This document shows positions 1-8,654 of a stretch of DNA of 64,000 nucleotides, piece by piece; positions within the stretch are counted from its first letter, which is position 1, and the number at the start of each line of letters is the position of its first letter. This DNA comes from Clostridiales bacterium UBA6330 (GTDB lineage: Bacteria > Bacillota > Clostridia > Oscillospirales > CAG-272), in assembly GCA_002438075.1 (NCBI GenBank), contig DJSQ01000212.1, forward strand, positions 20,182-84,181. Reading direction: 5' to 3'. The translations under genes and the position numbers were made by a program. The notes under the pieces were generated by a model that was not told the DNA's origin, searched no databases, and worked only from the letters and a program-made list of their open reading frames with translations.

Positions 1-618
1 CCCGAGCTGTGCGAAAGCGGCATTGCGTCCCTCAAAATCGAGGGCAGAATGAAGAGCGCCTACTACACGGCGGTGGTCACGAACGCCTATCGCATGGCAA
101 TCGATGCGTATTGCGCGGACCCAACGGGCTACCGCTTTGACCCGCGTTGGTTGGAGGAGCTGGAAAGCGTGTCGCACCGCGAATACGGAACGGGCTTCTT
201 CTTCTCCAAGCCGATGGAGGACCCCGCGCTGGTTTCCACCTGCGGGTATATCCGCGAAAAGGCATATTTCTCCACCGCAACCGAATATCATGAAGAAGAG
301 CTTGCCGCCCTTGTCGCGGCGGGCATCCCCGCAGAAACGGCGGACGGTAGGCTTTACCGCTTTATCCAGCGCAACAAGCTGTCGGTCGGCGAGGGCGCGG
401 AGCTGATTTCCCCGAACGAGGTCGGGCGCGCGTTCACGGTGCGGGAGCTGTACGGAGCGGAGGGGGAGCGGCTGGACTCCACGCCGCATCCGTCCATGAT
501 TTATTGGTGTCGGGTCCCGTTCCCCGTCCGAACGGGCGACATTCTGCGCGCCGCCGAGGGACGGGGACTTGAGGTGCGCGCAAAGGACCGTCTGAAAGGA
601 GACAGAAAAGGGACATGA
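1..618 (+). CDS. Peptidase U32 family protein, C-terminal part (5' end lies outside the window)
   Basis: Frame 1 is open from base 1 (PELCESGIASLKIEGRMKSAYYTAVV...). The LKIEGR/YYTA stretch is typical of U32 collagenase-like peptidases. The stop at 616-618 overlaps the next start (ATGA). Confidence 0.75.
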   Translation, partial: PELCESGIASLKIEGRMKSAYYTAVVTNAYRMAIDAYCADPTGYRFDPRWLEELESVSHREYGTGFFFSKPMEDPALVSTCGYIREKAYFSTATEYHEEELAALVAAGIPAETADGRLYRFIQRNKLSVGEGAELISPNEVGRAFTVRELYGAEGERLDSTPHPSMIYWCRVPFPVRTGDILRAAEGRGLEVRAKDRLKGDRKGT

Positions 619-1499
619 TCATTGAATTTCTGAAAGCCCTGCTTTACGGCATTGTGGAGGGCATTACCGAGTGGTTGCCCATCAGCTCCACGGGGCATCT
701 GATTCTTCTGAACGAATGGCTCCCGTTCCGCTTTGCCGACAACGCGGAGCTGGCGGCGGAATTCTGGCAAATGTTTGAGGTGGTCATCCAGCTGGGCGCA
801 ATCCTTGCGGTGGTGATTCTCTTTTGGAACCGTCTGTGGCCCTTCGGAAGCCGTAAGAGCGCGCTTGAAAAGAAGCAGACGTGGTCGCTCTGGCTCAAGG
901 TGGTCATCGGGTGCGTTCCTGCGGGGCTTGTCGGTGTCGTGGGGGACAAAATTCTCGAAAAGGTCAGCGGAAAGAGCATTGACGGCTGGCTGTACAATGC
1001 GGTTGTCGTTGCAATTGCGCTGATTGTTTACGGCGTGGCGTTTATCCTGATTGAAAAGCTGAAAAAGCCCGATTCCGAGCGGATTCACAGCACGGCGGAG
1101 CTGGACTGTCGGACCGCGCTTCTCATCGGACTCTTCCAGATGCTCTCGATTATCCCGGGGACCTCGCGCTCCGGCTCTACCATCCTCGGCGCAATGCTTC
1201 TGGGGCTGTCCCGCACCGCCGCCGCAGAGTTCTCCTTCTTCATGGCAATTCCCGTCATGGTGGGCGCGAGCGGCGTGAAGGTGCTGGGCTTTGCTTCCTA
1301 CCTCTCGGAGAGCGGCGCGAGCCTGCCCGCCGTGGCGTGGGGCGTGCTTGCCATCGGTTGCGTGGTGTCGTTTGTCGTGTCGATGGTGGTCATCCGATTC
1401 CTGATGGATTTTGTCAAGCGCCACAGCTTCTCGGCGTTCGGCTACTACCGCATCGCGCTCGGCGTGCTGGTGCTTCTGTACTTCGGATTGGTGAAGTAA
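615..1499 (+). CDS. uppP: Undecaprenyl-diphosphate phosphatase (BacA/UppP)
   Basis: 294 aa, polytopic. N-terminus MIIEFLKALLYGIVEGITEWLPISSTGHL and the later PGTSRSG motif are UppP hallmarks. Confidence 0.9.
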   Translation: MIIEFLKALLYGIVEGITEWLPISSTGHLILLNEWLPFRFADNAELAAEFWQMFEVVIQLGAILAVVILFWNRLWPFGSRKSALEKKQTWSLWLKVVIGCVPAGLVGVVGDKILEKVSGKSIDGWLYNAVVVAIALIVYGVAFILIEKLKKPDSERIHSTAELDCRTALLIGLFQMLSIIPGTSRSGSTILGAMLLGLSRTAAAEFSFFMAIPVMVGASGVKVLGFASYLSESGASLPAVAWGVLAIGCVVSFVVSMVVIRFLMDFVKRHSFSAFGYYRIALGVLVLLYFGLVK

Positions 1500-2093
1500 A
1501 TGACCCGCGAACGGCTGAAAATTCCGTTTCCCGTAATCGTGGAGGGGAAGTACGACAAATTGCGTCTGGAATGCGTGATGGAGGGGCAGATTCTCACAAC
1601 CGACGGCTTTGGCGTGTTCAACGCGCGGGAAAAAACACAGCTTTTCCGCGCGCTGGCGCAGAAAACGCCGCTGATTCTGCTGACCGACAGCGACGGCGCG
1701 GGAAAGCTGATTCGCGCGCACCTGACCTCCTGCCTGCCTGCGGGACGGCTGATTCAGCTGTACATTCCGAAGATTGCGGGGACCGAGCGGCGAAAGGAGC
1801 GCCCTTCTGCGGAGGGGACGCTCGGCGTGGAGGGGATGGAGCAATCCCTGCTGTATGACCTGCTCGCGCCCTATGCGGACGCGGCGGCGGTCCTGCGTGC
1901 CGCAGAAAATCCGCTTTGCAAGGCGGACCTGTTCGAGGACGGTCTGACGGGATGCCCCGACAGCGCCGCGCGGCGGGATGCCTTTGCGGAGCGCTTGGGG
2001 CTGCCTGCTGGCATGACCCCGAATGCCTTCCTCGCCGCCCTGCGGGTGCTGTTGTCCTACGAGGACTATCTGCGGATGGTTGGGAGAGCGTAA
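1500..2093 (+). CDS. Toprim domain protein (RNase M5-like / DUF4093-type)
   Basis: 197 aa. VIVEGKYDK...LILLTDSDGAGKLIR matches the Toprim E...DxD pattern. The ATG directly follows the uppP stop. Confidence 0.65.
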   Translation: MTRERLKIPFPVIVEGKYDKLRLECVMEGQILTTDGFGVFNAREKTQLFRALAQKTPLILLTDSDGAGKLIRAHLTSCLPAGRLIQLYIPKIAGTERRKERPSAEGTLGVEGMEQSLLYDLLAPYADAAAVLRAAENPLCKADLFEDGLTGCPDSAARRDAFAERLGLPAGMTPNAFLAALRVLLSYEDYLRMVGRA

Positions 2094-2097
2094 AAAT

Positions 2098-2138
2098 ACC
2101 CGCTTCCATCGGGACTTTGATGGGAGCGGGTTCTTTTT
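2098..2138. terminator. Bidirectional intrinsic terminator between convergent genes
   Basis: 13-bp stem acccgcttccatc / gatgggagcgggt (one G-U pair), with an A-run on the left and tcttttt on the right. It sits between the Toprim gene stop (2093) and the HTH gene stop (2137). Confidence 0.6.
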
Positions 2139-2440
2139 ATTGGTGCATTGCCTGTAGGACCTGCAAGGCGGCTTTCTTTTGTGCGGGTGTGAGGTCGACC
2201 CAGCTGTCAAACAGCTCCTTGAGGTCGGGGGTCAATTCCACAAGCGTTCCTTCGGCAAAGAATTGGGCGAGCGTGATGCCGAATGCCCCGCAAATGGCTT
2301 CCAATGTCGGAATGGACGGGACGGTGTTCCGCTTGAAAATATTTGATTGTGGATTCCGAAAGACCGCTGCGGATGGCAAGACGGTAGGTCGTCATGCCGC
2401 TTTTTCTGAGCAATTGGTTCAGACGTTCGTTTGTGTCCAT
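2137..2440 (-). pseudogene. XRE-family helix-turn-helix regulator interrupted by a 1-nt frameshift (or a sequencing error)
   Basis: MDTNERLNQLLRKSGMTTYRLAIRSGLSESTI (frame of ORF 2207..2557, ATG at 2440 behind GGAGGA) continues in another frame as SNIFKRNTVPSIPTLEAICGAFGITLAQFF... (ORF 2137..2379). Joined, they give a canonical ~101-aa XRE HTH. The shift maps to the A-run ATC-AAA-TAT (plus-strand ttt at 2342-2344). Confidence 0.65.
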
Positions 2441-2513
2441 GATGTCCTCCTGTCCTTTTGTTTCCGAGTATGATGCAATCCAAAAAATAAAACGGGAAAA
2501 TTCAAGAACCCCC

Positions 2514-2541
2514 TTGACATTTTCGCGCTTTGTGGTATAAT
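2514..2541 (+). promoter_or_regulatory. Sigma-A type promoter (TTGACA, 16 nt, TGgTATAAT)
   Basis: ttgaca at 2514-2519 and tataat at 2536-2541 with an extended -10 TG. No protein-coding ORF follows; a short hairpin-rich transcript does. Confidence 0.55.
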
Positions 2542-2547
2542 AGAGAC

Positions 2548-2640
2548 AGGGATGCACTGACGGCTGTCAGCGCCCTCCGTGGTTAAATAACCGCTCTCCG
2601 GACTTTGCCAGAGTTATAGAGGGCGGTTATTTCTTATTGT
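2548..2640 (+). ncRNA. Candidate ~90-nt small RNA (putative type I antitoxin)
   Basis: The predicted TSS is about 7 nt after the -10. There is a 5' hairpin (ctgac-ggct-gtcag, 2557-2570), then a single-stranded CCCTCCGT (2573-2580). A 14-bp terminator stem follows (2585-2598 / 2619-2632) with a T-rich tail to about 2640. The 3' part is antisense to the 3' end of the small ORF at 2627..2728. Confidence 0.4.
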
Positions 2641-2728
2641 TGTAATAGGTCTTGATGGTATAGACTGTGGTGAAAACACCGCAGACCGCACCCACAAGTT
2701 GAGCGATCAACTCGATGAGAGACATCAT
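2627..2728 (-). CDS. 33-aa hydrophobic peptide, candidate type I toxin
   Basis: Translates as MMSLIELIAQLVGAVCGVFTTVYTIKTYYNNKK: one hydrophobic helix plus a polar/Lys tail. A strong SD (GGAGGGAGG, 2738-2746) lies 9 nt upstream of the ATG. It is too short for the ORF track and was found by reading the minus strand. Confidence 0.45.
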   Translation of the reverse strand: MMSLIELIAQLVGAVCGVFTTVYTIKTYYNNKK

Positions 2729-2899
2729 GTACTATCACCTCCCTCCGTTGCTTATACGGAGAGAGTTTGTCAGAAATAATTTGTCGCGCTCTCTCCGTCA
2801 TGTCCAAATGTCCACTTAGGAGGGAGCTAACAGCCGCCGGCTTGGGAATCAGTATCCCACGCACCCCCGGCAGACGCGCTTGCGCTTGTCTGCCCCTAT

Positions 2900-2928
2900 A
2901 TTATAACACCGCCCGACAGCTTTGTCAA
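2900..2928 (-). promoter_or_regulatory. Consensus sigma-A promoter on the minus strand (TTGACA, 17 nt, TATAAT)
   Basis: The minus strand reads TTGACA-AAGCTGTCGGGCGGTGT-TATAAT (plus 2923-2928 and 2900-2905). It would give a 5' UTR of about 165 nt ahead of the 33-aa ORF. The -35 lies in the loop of a 10-bp inverted repeat (ataacaccgc / gcggtgttat). Confidence 0.55.
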
Positions 2929-2968
2929 GCGGTGTTATTTCTGTTTTGGAGAATTTCGCGCATTTTTT

Positions 2969-3454
2969 TCAGGACTTCCGCAGGCACTCCTCCACGCGGC
3001 TGAAGAACGCGGCTTTCTCCTCGGGGGAGAGAATAGCGTAAACCACATAATCGCCGTAAATACGGACCTCCGCATCGCGCAGCTTCGGGGTCTCGGTGGG
3101 AATATAGGAGTCGTAAAAGGTGCGGTTCTGCTCATAGGAGCGGGCGAGATAGTCACGCAGGAGGCGGGCGGCTTCCTCGGTGCCGATGTCCGAATGCAGA
3201 ATGCCGTATTCGTCGATGCGGTCGCCGCCCGTGGCAAGACGGACCGAGAGGGAATAGCCCGCCTGCGGGAGTGAGACGTACTCGGTCAGATAGTCGGCAT
3301 CGGCGGCGCGGAAGTCCTCCGAAAGGGAATCATCCGCGAGGTCCGCAAGCTCGGCGGCGGATAAATCATTCAGATAATTGCGCGGGGTCGCTTTCCCGCA
3401 TCCCGCCAAGGACAGGACAAAAAGCGCAAAAAGGAACGGCAGAAATCGTTTCAT
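2969..3454 (-). CDS. Lipoprotein of unknown function
   Basis: 161 aa. Signal peptide MKRFLPFLFALFVLSLAGC with lipobox LAGC. RBS GGAGG upstream. Confidence 0.7.
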   Translation of the reverse strand: MKRFLPFLFALFVLSLAGCGKATPRNYLNDLSAAELADLADDSLSEDFRAADADYLTEYVSLPQAGYSLSVRLATGGDRIDEYGILHSDIGTEEAARLLRDYLARSYEQNRTFYDSYIPTETPKLRDAEVRIYGDYVVYAILSPEEKAAFFSRVEECLRKS

Positions 3455-3463
3455 ATAAACCTC

Positions 3464-3501
3464 CGAAAAAACGGGTACACTGTACTGTCAGTGTACCCGT
3501 T
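3464..3501 (-). terminator. Intrinsic terminator after the SGNH hydrolase gene
   Basis: Perfect 13-bp stem aacgggtacactg / cagtgtacccgtt (3470-3482 / 3489-3501), followed on the minus strand by TTTTT. Confidence 0.6.
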
Positions 3502-3511
3502 CTCTTTGGTT

Positions 3512-4198
3512 TTATGCGTTCACGGCTTGCCGCAGAGCGCCGAGAAGCGCTGCGTATGCCGAGGCGGTCAGGTGGATGCCGTCGGTTGTGAAATCGGCGC
3601 GCAGGAAGCCTGCGGGGTCGGTCAGCGCCGTGGCGGTATCGGCATAAATCAGGTCGGGGTCGGAGGAGCAGAAGTCGCGCAAACGGCGGTTCAGCTCGGT
3701 CAGGCGGCGGTTGATTTCCTCCGGCGGGACCGAAAATTTCCAGTCGCATTGGTGCGTCGCGTCGGCAACGGGCGCGACCGATTGCATGACGATCCGCGTC
3801 TCGGGCGAGACCGCACGCACCGCGTCAATCAGCTTGCGGTAAGCGCGGAAAAACGGCTCGGGACGCTCGGCGGTTGACAGAATGCCGTTCAGTCCGAACG
3901 ACAGGACCAGAATCTCGGGGCGGTAAGCCGCCGCCATTTCCGCAGGCGTTGCGCTTTTCCCCGTTGCATGGTCGGTCAGCGTGCGCGAGAGAATGCCCGA
4001 ATCCAGCCGCATGGTGCCCGACGCATTTGACCAGACCCGAATCGGGTCAATCCCGCCGCGCAGGGCGAGATGGGAGGTGGTCGACTCCCCGAAAAAGGTC
4101 ATGTGCGCGATGGGGTCATCCGATTCCGCGCGGAGCGGGAGCGGGAATAGCAGGACGAAAAGCCCAAGCAAAAGGGCAATCACACAGAGTTTTTTCAT
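3512..4198 (-). CDS. SGNH/GDSL-family hydrolase, secreted
   Basis: 228 aa with an N-terminal signal peptide. Block I FFGESTTSH, block III FGLNG and block V DGIHLT match the SGNH pattern. Confidence 0.8.
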   Translation of the reverse strand: MKKLCVIALLLGLFVLLFPLPLRAESDDPIAHMTFFGESTTSHLALRGGIDPIRVWSNASGTMRLDSGILSRTLTDHATGKSATPAEMAAAYRPEILVLSFGLNGILSTAERPEPFFRAYRKLIDAVRAVSPETRIVMQSVAPVADATHQCDWKFSVPPEEINRRLTELNRRLRDFCSSDPDLIYADTATALTDPAGFLRADFTTDGIHLTASAYAALLGALRQAVNA

Positions 4199-4216
4199 AG
4201 CGCCACCGATGGCGCG

Positions 4217-4609
4217 TCAGTCCTCCTCCCGAATGCCGCGAATACGCTTGCGCGTCAGCAGGACGATTGCAAAGGCAATGGCGTAAACCAGCGTGAAGAA
4301 TACGATTGCAAGCAGATTCTTCACCGCCGTGTGCCCGCCTGCGGGAAGCCACAGGAAAAGGAAAAACGCGAGCATACAGAACAGATAATGAAGCAGGAGC
4401 CGCGCCCAGCCCGCCAGCGCGGTGTGACGGTAGATTGTACCCGCCGCCGCGAGAAACAGTCCGCAGGGCAAAAGCAGGAGAAAGCGGGGGATTTCAATGC
4501 TTCCGTCCCCATTCCCCTCGGCAATCAGCCGCAGGAGCATCAGCCCAACGGCAAGCAGGGTGAACCACAGGCAGGTCCCCGAAAAAAGTCGTTTGATGAG
4601 TTGTTTCAT
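4217..4609 (-). CDS. Small integral membrane protein (about 4 TM segments), function unknown
   Basis: 130 aa, strongly hydrophobic segments. RBS GAGGAG upstream. 18 nt upstream of the SGNH gene (likely co-transcribed). Confidence 0.6.
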   Translation of the reverse strand: MKQLIKRLFSGTCLWFTLLAVGLMLLRLIAEGNGDGSIEIPRFLLLLPCGLFLAAAGTIYRHTALAGWARLLLHYLFCMLAFFLFLWLPAGGHTAVKNLLAIVFFTLVYAIAFAIVLLTRKRIRGIREED

Positions 4610-4647
4610 ATCGGTCGGCTCCTCAAAAATAAGATTCCCACCTTATC

Positions 4648-4676
4648 ATGATACTATACATTCGGTGACTTTGCAA
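4648..4676 (-). promoter_or_regulatory. Possible promoter for the minus-strand membrane protein/SGNH unit
   Basis: The minus strand reads TTGCAA-17 nt-TATCAT (plus 4671-4676 and 4648-4653). Confidence 0.35.
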
Positions 4677-4757
4677 GTGGTTTGGCAAAAAATTTACAAA
4701 AGCAGAGCCCGAAAACGAAAAACTTGCATAAAAAATGATTTTTATACATTTTTACTG

Positions 4758-4785
4758 TTGACTTTTCTGTTTTTTGCGGTATAAT
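4758..4785 (+). promoter_or_regulatory. Promoter upstream of nusB (TTGACT, 16 nt, TATAAT)
   Basis: ttgact at 4758-4763 and tataat at 4780-4785, about 70 nt upstream of the nusB start. Confidence 0.5.
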
Positions 4786-4855
4786 ATAAGGTATACTATA
4801 GAATGGGATACTGTGGCTGACGGCGCGGTGTCCGCAAGGAAAGGATCATTCCAAA

Positions 4856-5317
4856 ATGGCAGCAATAAAACGGCGCGATGCACGCGAGGAGGTCTTTCGC
4901 CTCCTGTTTGAGACCGAATTCCACGGGGAGATGTCTCCCGAGGACATTTACCGCCTTGCGATGGAGGACCGCGATTTTGAGGACGACCGTTACATCCGCG
5001 ATACCTATTTCGGCGTGCGGGAGAAGCGGGAGGAATTGGACGCAATCATTGCCCGCCACGCAAACGGCTGGAGAACCGACCGCATCGCGCCCGTATCGCG
5101 GAATATTCTGCGCCTGTGCGTTTACGAGATGAAATGGGGGCGGGACGTTCCTGTTGTGGTGGCGCTCAATGAGGCAATCGAGCTGGACAAGCGGTTTGAC
5201 GACCCGAAGGCGAAAGCCTTTGTCAACGGCGTGCTCAACGGCGTGAAGAACGAGCTGGAAGCCGAGAGCGCCAAGACCGCCGCGCAGGACGGAAGCGGAG
5301 AGGACAAGGCAGAATGA
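4856..5317 (+). CDS. nusB: Transcription antitermination factor NusB
   Basis: 153 aa. RRDAREEVFRLLFETEF... and the conserved context upstream of xseA. Confidence 0.9.
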   Translation: MAAIKRRDAREEVFRLLFETEFHGEMSPEDIYRLAMEDRDFEDDRYIRDTYFGVREKREELDAIIARHANGWRTDRIAPVSRNILRLCVYEMKWGRDVPVVVALNEAIELDKRFDDPKAKAFVNGVLNGVKNELEAESAKTAAQDGSGEDKAE

Positions 5318-6282
5318 GCGGACCGCTCTTTGTCGGGTTCGATACCAGCAATTACACCACCTCGGCGGCGGTCTGCGATGCGGACGGCGAGGTGCTTCTG
5401 AACGCGCGGACCCTGTTGCCCGTGCGCGAGGGAGAGCGGGGACTGCGGCAGAGCGACGCGGTGTTCTTCCATGTCCGCAACCTGCCCGACCTGCTGGAGC
5501 GGGTGCGGGAGACGGTGCGGGGGCGTGTTGTACGTGCGGTCGGCTGCTCGGTCAGCCCCCGCCGTGCCGAGGGGTCCTATATGCCGTGCTTCCTTTCGGG
5601 CATCATGGCGGCGGAGGCATTCGCGGCGGCGATTGACGTGCCTGTCCTGCGGTTTGCCCATCAGGAGGGGCATATCATGGCGGCGCTTCATTCGGCGGGC
5701 GCGGAGAAGCTGTTGGAGGCGGAGCGCTTTGCGGCGTTCCATGTCTCGGGCGGGACCACCGAGGTCCTGCTGGTCCGCCCGCGCGCGGACGGCTTTGACG
5801 CGGAGATTGTCGGCGGCTCGCGCGATTTGCACGCGGGGCAGGCAATCGACCGCGCGGGTGTGATGATGGGCATGGGCTTCCCCTGCGGAAAGGAGCTGGA
5901 AGCCACCGCCGCAACGTATGAAGGTCGCGTTCCCGCCCCGCGTGTGTGTGTCAAGTCGGACGGCTGGTGTCACTTTTCGGGGCTGGAAAATCAGGCGCGG
6001 AAGCTGTGGGAGGAAACGGGGGACCGTGCCTGCGTTTCGGCGTATGTCCTGCGCTTCTGCGCAAAAACACTGGAGGGACTGACTGCGGCTTTGGACGCGC
6101 GCTTTCCCGAAATTCCGATTGTTTATGCGGGCGGCGTGATGAGCAACCGTTATCTGCAATCGGTGCTTGCAAAGCGTGCGGAGACCTATTTTGCCGCGCC
6201 CGAATTCTCGGCGGACAATGCCGCAGGCGTGGCACTGCTGACGCGGCGGAGCGGAATCGGAGGGGCAGACGCATGGCAATGA
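5314..6282 (+). CDS. Kae1/TsaD-like glycoprotease (M22/ASKHA) family protein
   Basis: 322 aa. The N-terminal [14 protein letters not shown] phosphate-1-like motif, FHVSGGTTE and YAGGVMSN match ASKHA-fold Kae1-like proteins. The start overlaps the nusB stop (ATGA). Confidence 0.55.
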
Positions 6283-7544
6283 GCGCAAAGGAGCCGCTGA
6301 CGGTTGCACAGCTGAACGAATATCTGCGGATGCAGATGGACAGCGACCCGATTCTGGCAAACGTGTTCGTGCGCGGGGAGCTGTCGAACTGCACGGTTCC
6401 GCGCTCGGGGCATTTCTACTTTACCCTCAAGGACGCGGACGCGCAGGTGCGGGGTGTGATGTTCCGTTCCCGCTTCTCTGCGGTCCCGTTCAGACCGACC
6501 GACGGAATGCGGGTCATCGTGGGCGGTCGGGTGACCGTTTATTCCGCAGGCGGACAGTATCAGATTTATGCGGACGAGCTGATTCCCGACGGCGCGGGCA
6601 GTCTCGCCCTGCAATTTGAACAGCTGAAGCGGAGGCTGAATGCCGAGGGGCTGTTTGACGAGGCGCGCAAGAAGCCGCTTCCCGCCATGCCCGAGCGCGT
6701 GGGGGTTATCACCTCACCAACGGGCGCGGCGGTGCAGGACATCCGCAGAATCCTCGGTCAGCGTTTTCCGTGCGCCGAAATGATTCTCTACCCCGCGCAG
6801 GTGCAGGGAGAGGGCGCTGCCGAACAGCTGGCAATGGGAATCCTCTTTTTCAACGCCTACGACCTTGCCGACGTCATCATCATCGGGCGGGGCGGCGGCT
6901 CGGCGGAGGACCTGTGGGCGTTCAATGACGAGCATCTGGCGCGCACGGTTGCCGACAGCCGCGTTCCCGTGATTTCGGCGGTCGGGCATGAGAGCGACTT
7001 TACCATCTGCGATTTCGTGGCGGACCGCCGCGCGCCAACCCCGTCGGGGGCGGCGGAAATGGCGGTCCCCGACCGCAGGGAGCTGAAAAAGACGCTCGGA
7101 CATCTTGCGGCGCGTCTGACCCGCAGGGAAGAGGAGCGGATTGAATATGAACGCGGAATGCTGAAACGGCTTGCCGCGTCAAGGGCACTCGGACGACCCG
7201 AGGCGCTTCTCGACCCGCTCCGCCAACGGCTGGACGAGCGGGCGGAACGGCTGGACCGTGCGCTGGCGCGGAGCTTGGAGCGAAAGAGAGGCGACCTTGC
7301 GCACGTCTGTGCGGCACTTGAGGCGCGCAACCCGCTGACCGTGCTGGCGCGCGGCTATGCGGTGGTGACAAAGGATGGGCGGACCGTGACGCGGGTAAGC
7401 GATGCGCAGGTCGGAGACCGCCTGCGGATTCGTCTTTCGGACGGAACGCTTGCGGCACGGGTCGAGGCGGAGAACGGAAAGGAAGAAAACAATGGCAACA
7501 AAGCAACCGAAACAAACGGGACAAACGGGAAAAATGAAATTTGA
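6273..7544 (+). CDS. xseA: Exodeoxyribonuclease VII large subunit
   Basis: Start chosen at [18 protein letters not shown] (ATG 6273, GGAGGGG upstream). The track ORF extends to 5946, but that part overlaps the previous gene. The OB-fold N-terminus and GRGGGS motif are present. Confidence 0.9.
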
Positions 7545-7767
7545 GGACAGCATGGCGCGGATTGAGGAAATCGTGACAACGCTTGACGCGGGAGAGGCGG
7601 ATCTGGACGAATCGCTGAAGCTCTACCGTGAGGGCATTGAGCTGGTGCGCGACTGCACCAAGCGGCTGGACGAGGCAACACAGACCGTAAAAATGCTGCA
7701 AATGCAGGCGGACGGCAACATGGTGCTGACCGACTTTGCGCCTATGGAAACGGGGGAGAAGGCATGA
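7492..7767 (+). CDS. xseB: Exodeoxyribonuclease VII small subunit
   Basis: [39 protein letters not shown] is typical XseB. The start could be 7492 (AAGGAAG RBS) or 7534. Confidence 0.85.
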
Positions 7768-8654
7768 CAAACGAGGCTCTGGAGCTGCTGCTGCACCGCA
7801 ACGCAACGCTGACCGAAAATGCCCTGCGGGAATACTATACCGATGACCCCGACCTTCAGGTCCTGCTGGACGCGGAGCGCTACAGCCTGTTTGCGGGCGG
7901 AAAGCGTATCCGCCCCACGCTGACGCTGGAATTCTGCCGTCTGTTCGGCGGAGAGGAGGCGGCGGCTCTGCCGTTTGCCTGTGCCGTTGAGATGGTGCAC
8001 ACCTATTCGCTGATTCACGACGACCTGCCCTGCATGGACAACGATGATTTGCGGCGCGGCAAGCCGACCAACCACAAGGTGTTCGGTGAGGGCGTGGCGG
8101 TCCTCGCGGGGGATGCACTTCTCACGGGCGCGTTCGAGGCGGCGGCAACCAACACGGCGGCGGGCGCAGAGGTCTCCGCTATGGCGGTGGCGTACCTCGC
8201 GGGCTGTGCGGGGCGCTACGGCATGATCGGCGGGCAGATTATGGACATCGAGGGCGAAAAGCGTAAGTTGACGCAGGACGAGGTGTTCCGTCTGCAATCG
8301 CTCAAAACGGGCGCGCTCATCAGCGCCGCATCGGTTATGGGTGCGCTGGCGGCGGGCGTGCGGACCGATGACCCCGCAATGGAGCGGGTTGTGCGCTACG
8401 CGGAAAACATCGGTCTGGTGTTCCAGATTGTGGACGATCTGCTGGACCGCCGCGGAGACGAGGCGACCCTCGGCAAGCGCGTTCACGTGGACGAGGAGCA
8501 TCACAAAAACACGTTTCTGTCGTTCTGCACCGAGGAGGAGGCGTGGCTCTATGCCGAGCGCCTGACCGCCGATGCGTGCCGTGCGATTCGCCTCTATCCG
8601 TCCTCGGAGATACTGGTCTCCTTGGCGGAATGGCTTTTGAAAAGGGAGAAATAA
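7764..8654 (+). CDS. ispA: Polyprenyl (farnesyl/geranylgeranyl) diphosphate synthase
   Basis: 296 aa. First Asp-rich motif LIHDDLPCMDNDDLRRGKPT and second motif FQIVDDLLD. Confidence 0.9.
   Translation: MTNEALELLLHRNATLTENALREYYTDDPDLQVLLDAERYSLFAGGKRIRPTLTLEFCRLFGGEEAAALPFACAVEMVHTYSLIHDDLPCMDNDDLRRGKPTNHKVFGEGVAVLAGDALLTGAFEAAATNTAAGAEVSAMAVAYLAGCAGRYGMIGGQIMDIEGEKRKLTQDEVFRLQSLKTGALISAASVMGALAAGVRTDDPAMERVVRYAENIGLVFQIVDDLLDRRGDEATLGKRVHVDEEHHKNTFLSFCTEEEAWLYAERLTADACRAIRLYPSSEILVSLAEWLLKREK

Noticed and set aside
501-2210. A 569-aa minus-strand ORF across uppP and the Toprim gene. Comparable long antisense ORFs lie in the high-GC flanks (5122-6360, 7000-8118, 10384-11616, 13996-15588, 16497-17777, 62599-63654).
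   Set aside because: This is the same codon-register artefact in GC-rich DNA. The products are low-complexity (Arg/Pro/Ala/Gly-rich), and the opposite strand encodes well-recognised housekeeping proteins.
2634-2864. The 76-aa minus-strand track ORF (MRGILIPKPAAVSSLL...).
   Set aside because: It has no RBS and an implausible composition. It spans the predicted 5' UTR of the 33-aa peptide gene in a different frame. The short ORF at 2627-2728 with its strong SD explains the region better.
5946-6272. The N-terminal 109-aa extension of xseA suggested by the track ORF start at 5946. There are similar upstream extensions for the ORFs starting at 8543, 11228, 19784, 28549, 39435, 54526, 60670 and 60642 (minus strand).
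   Set aside because: The extensions overlap the preceding genes or promoters, lack an RBS and have non-protein-like composition. Internal ATGs preceded by GGAGG-type sites give family-typical N-termini or lipoprotein signal peptides.
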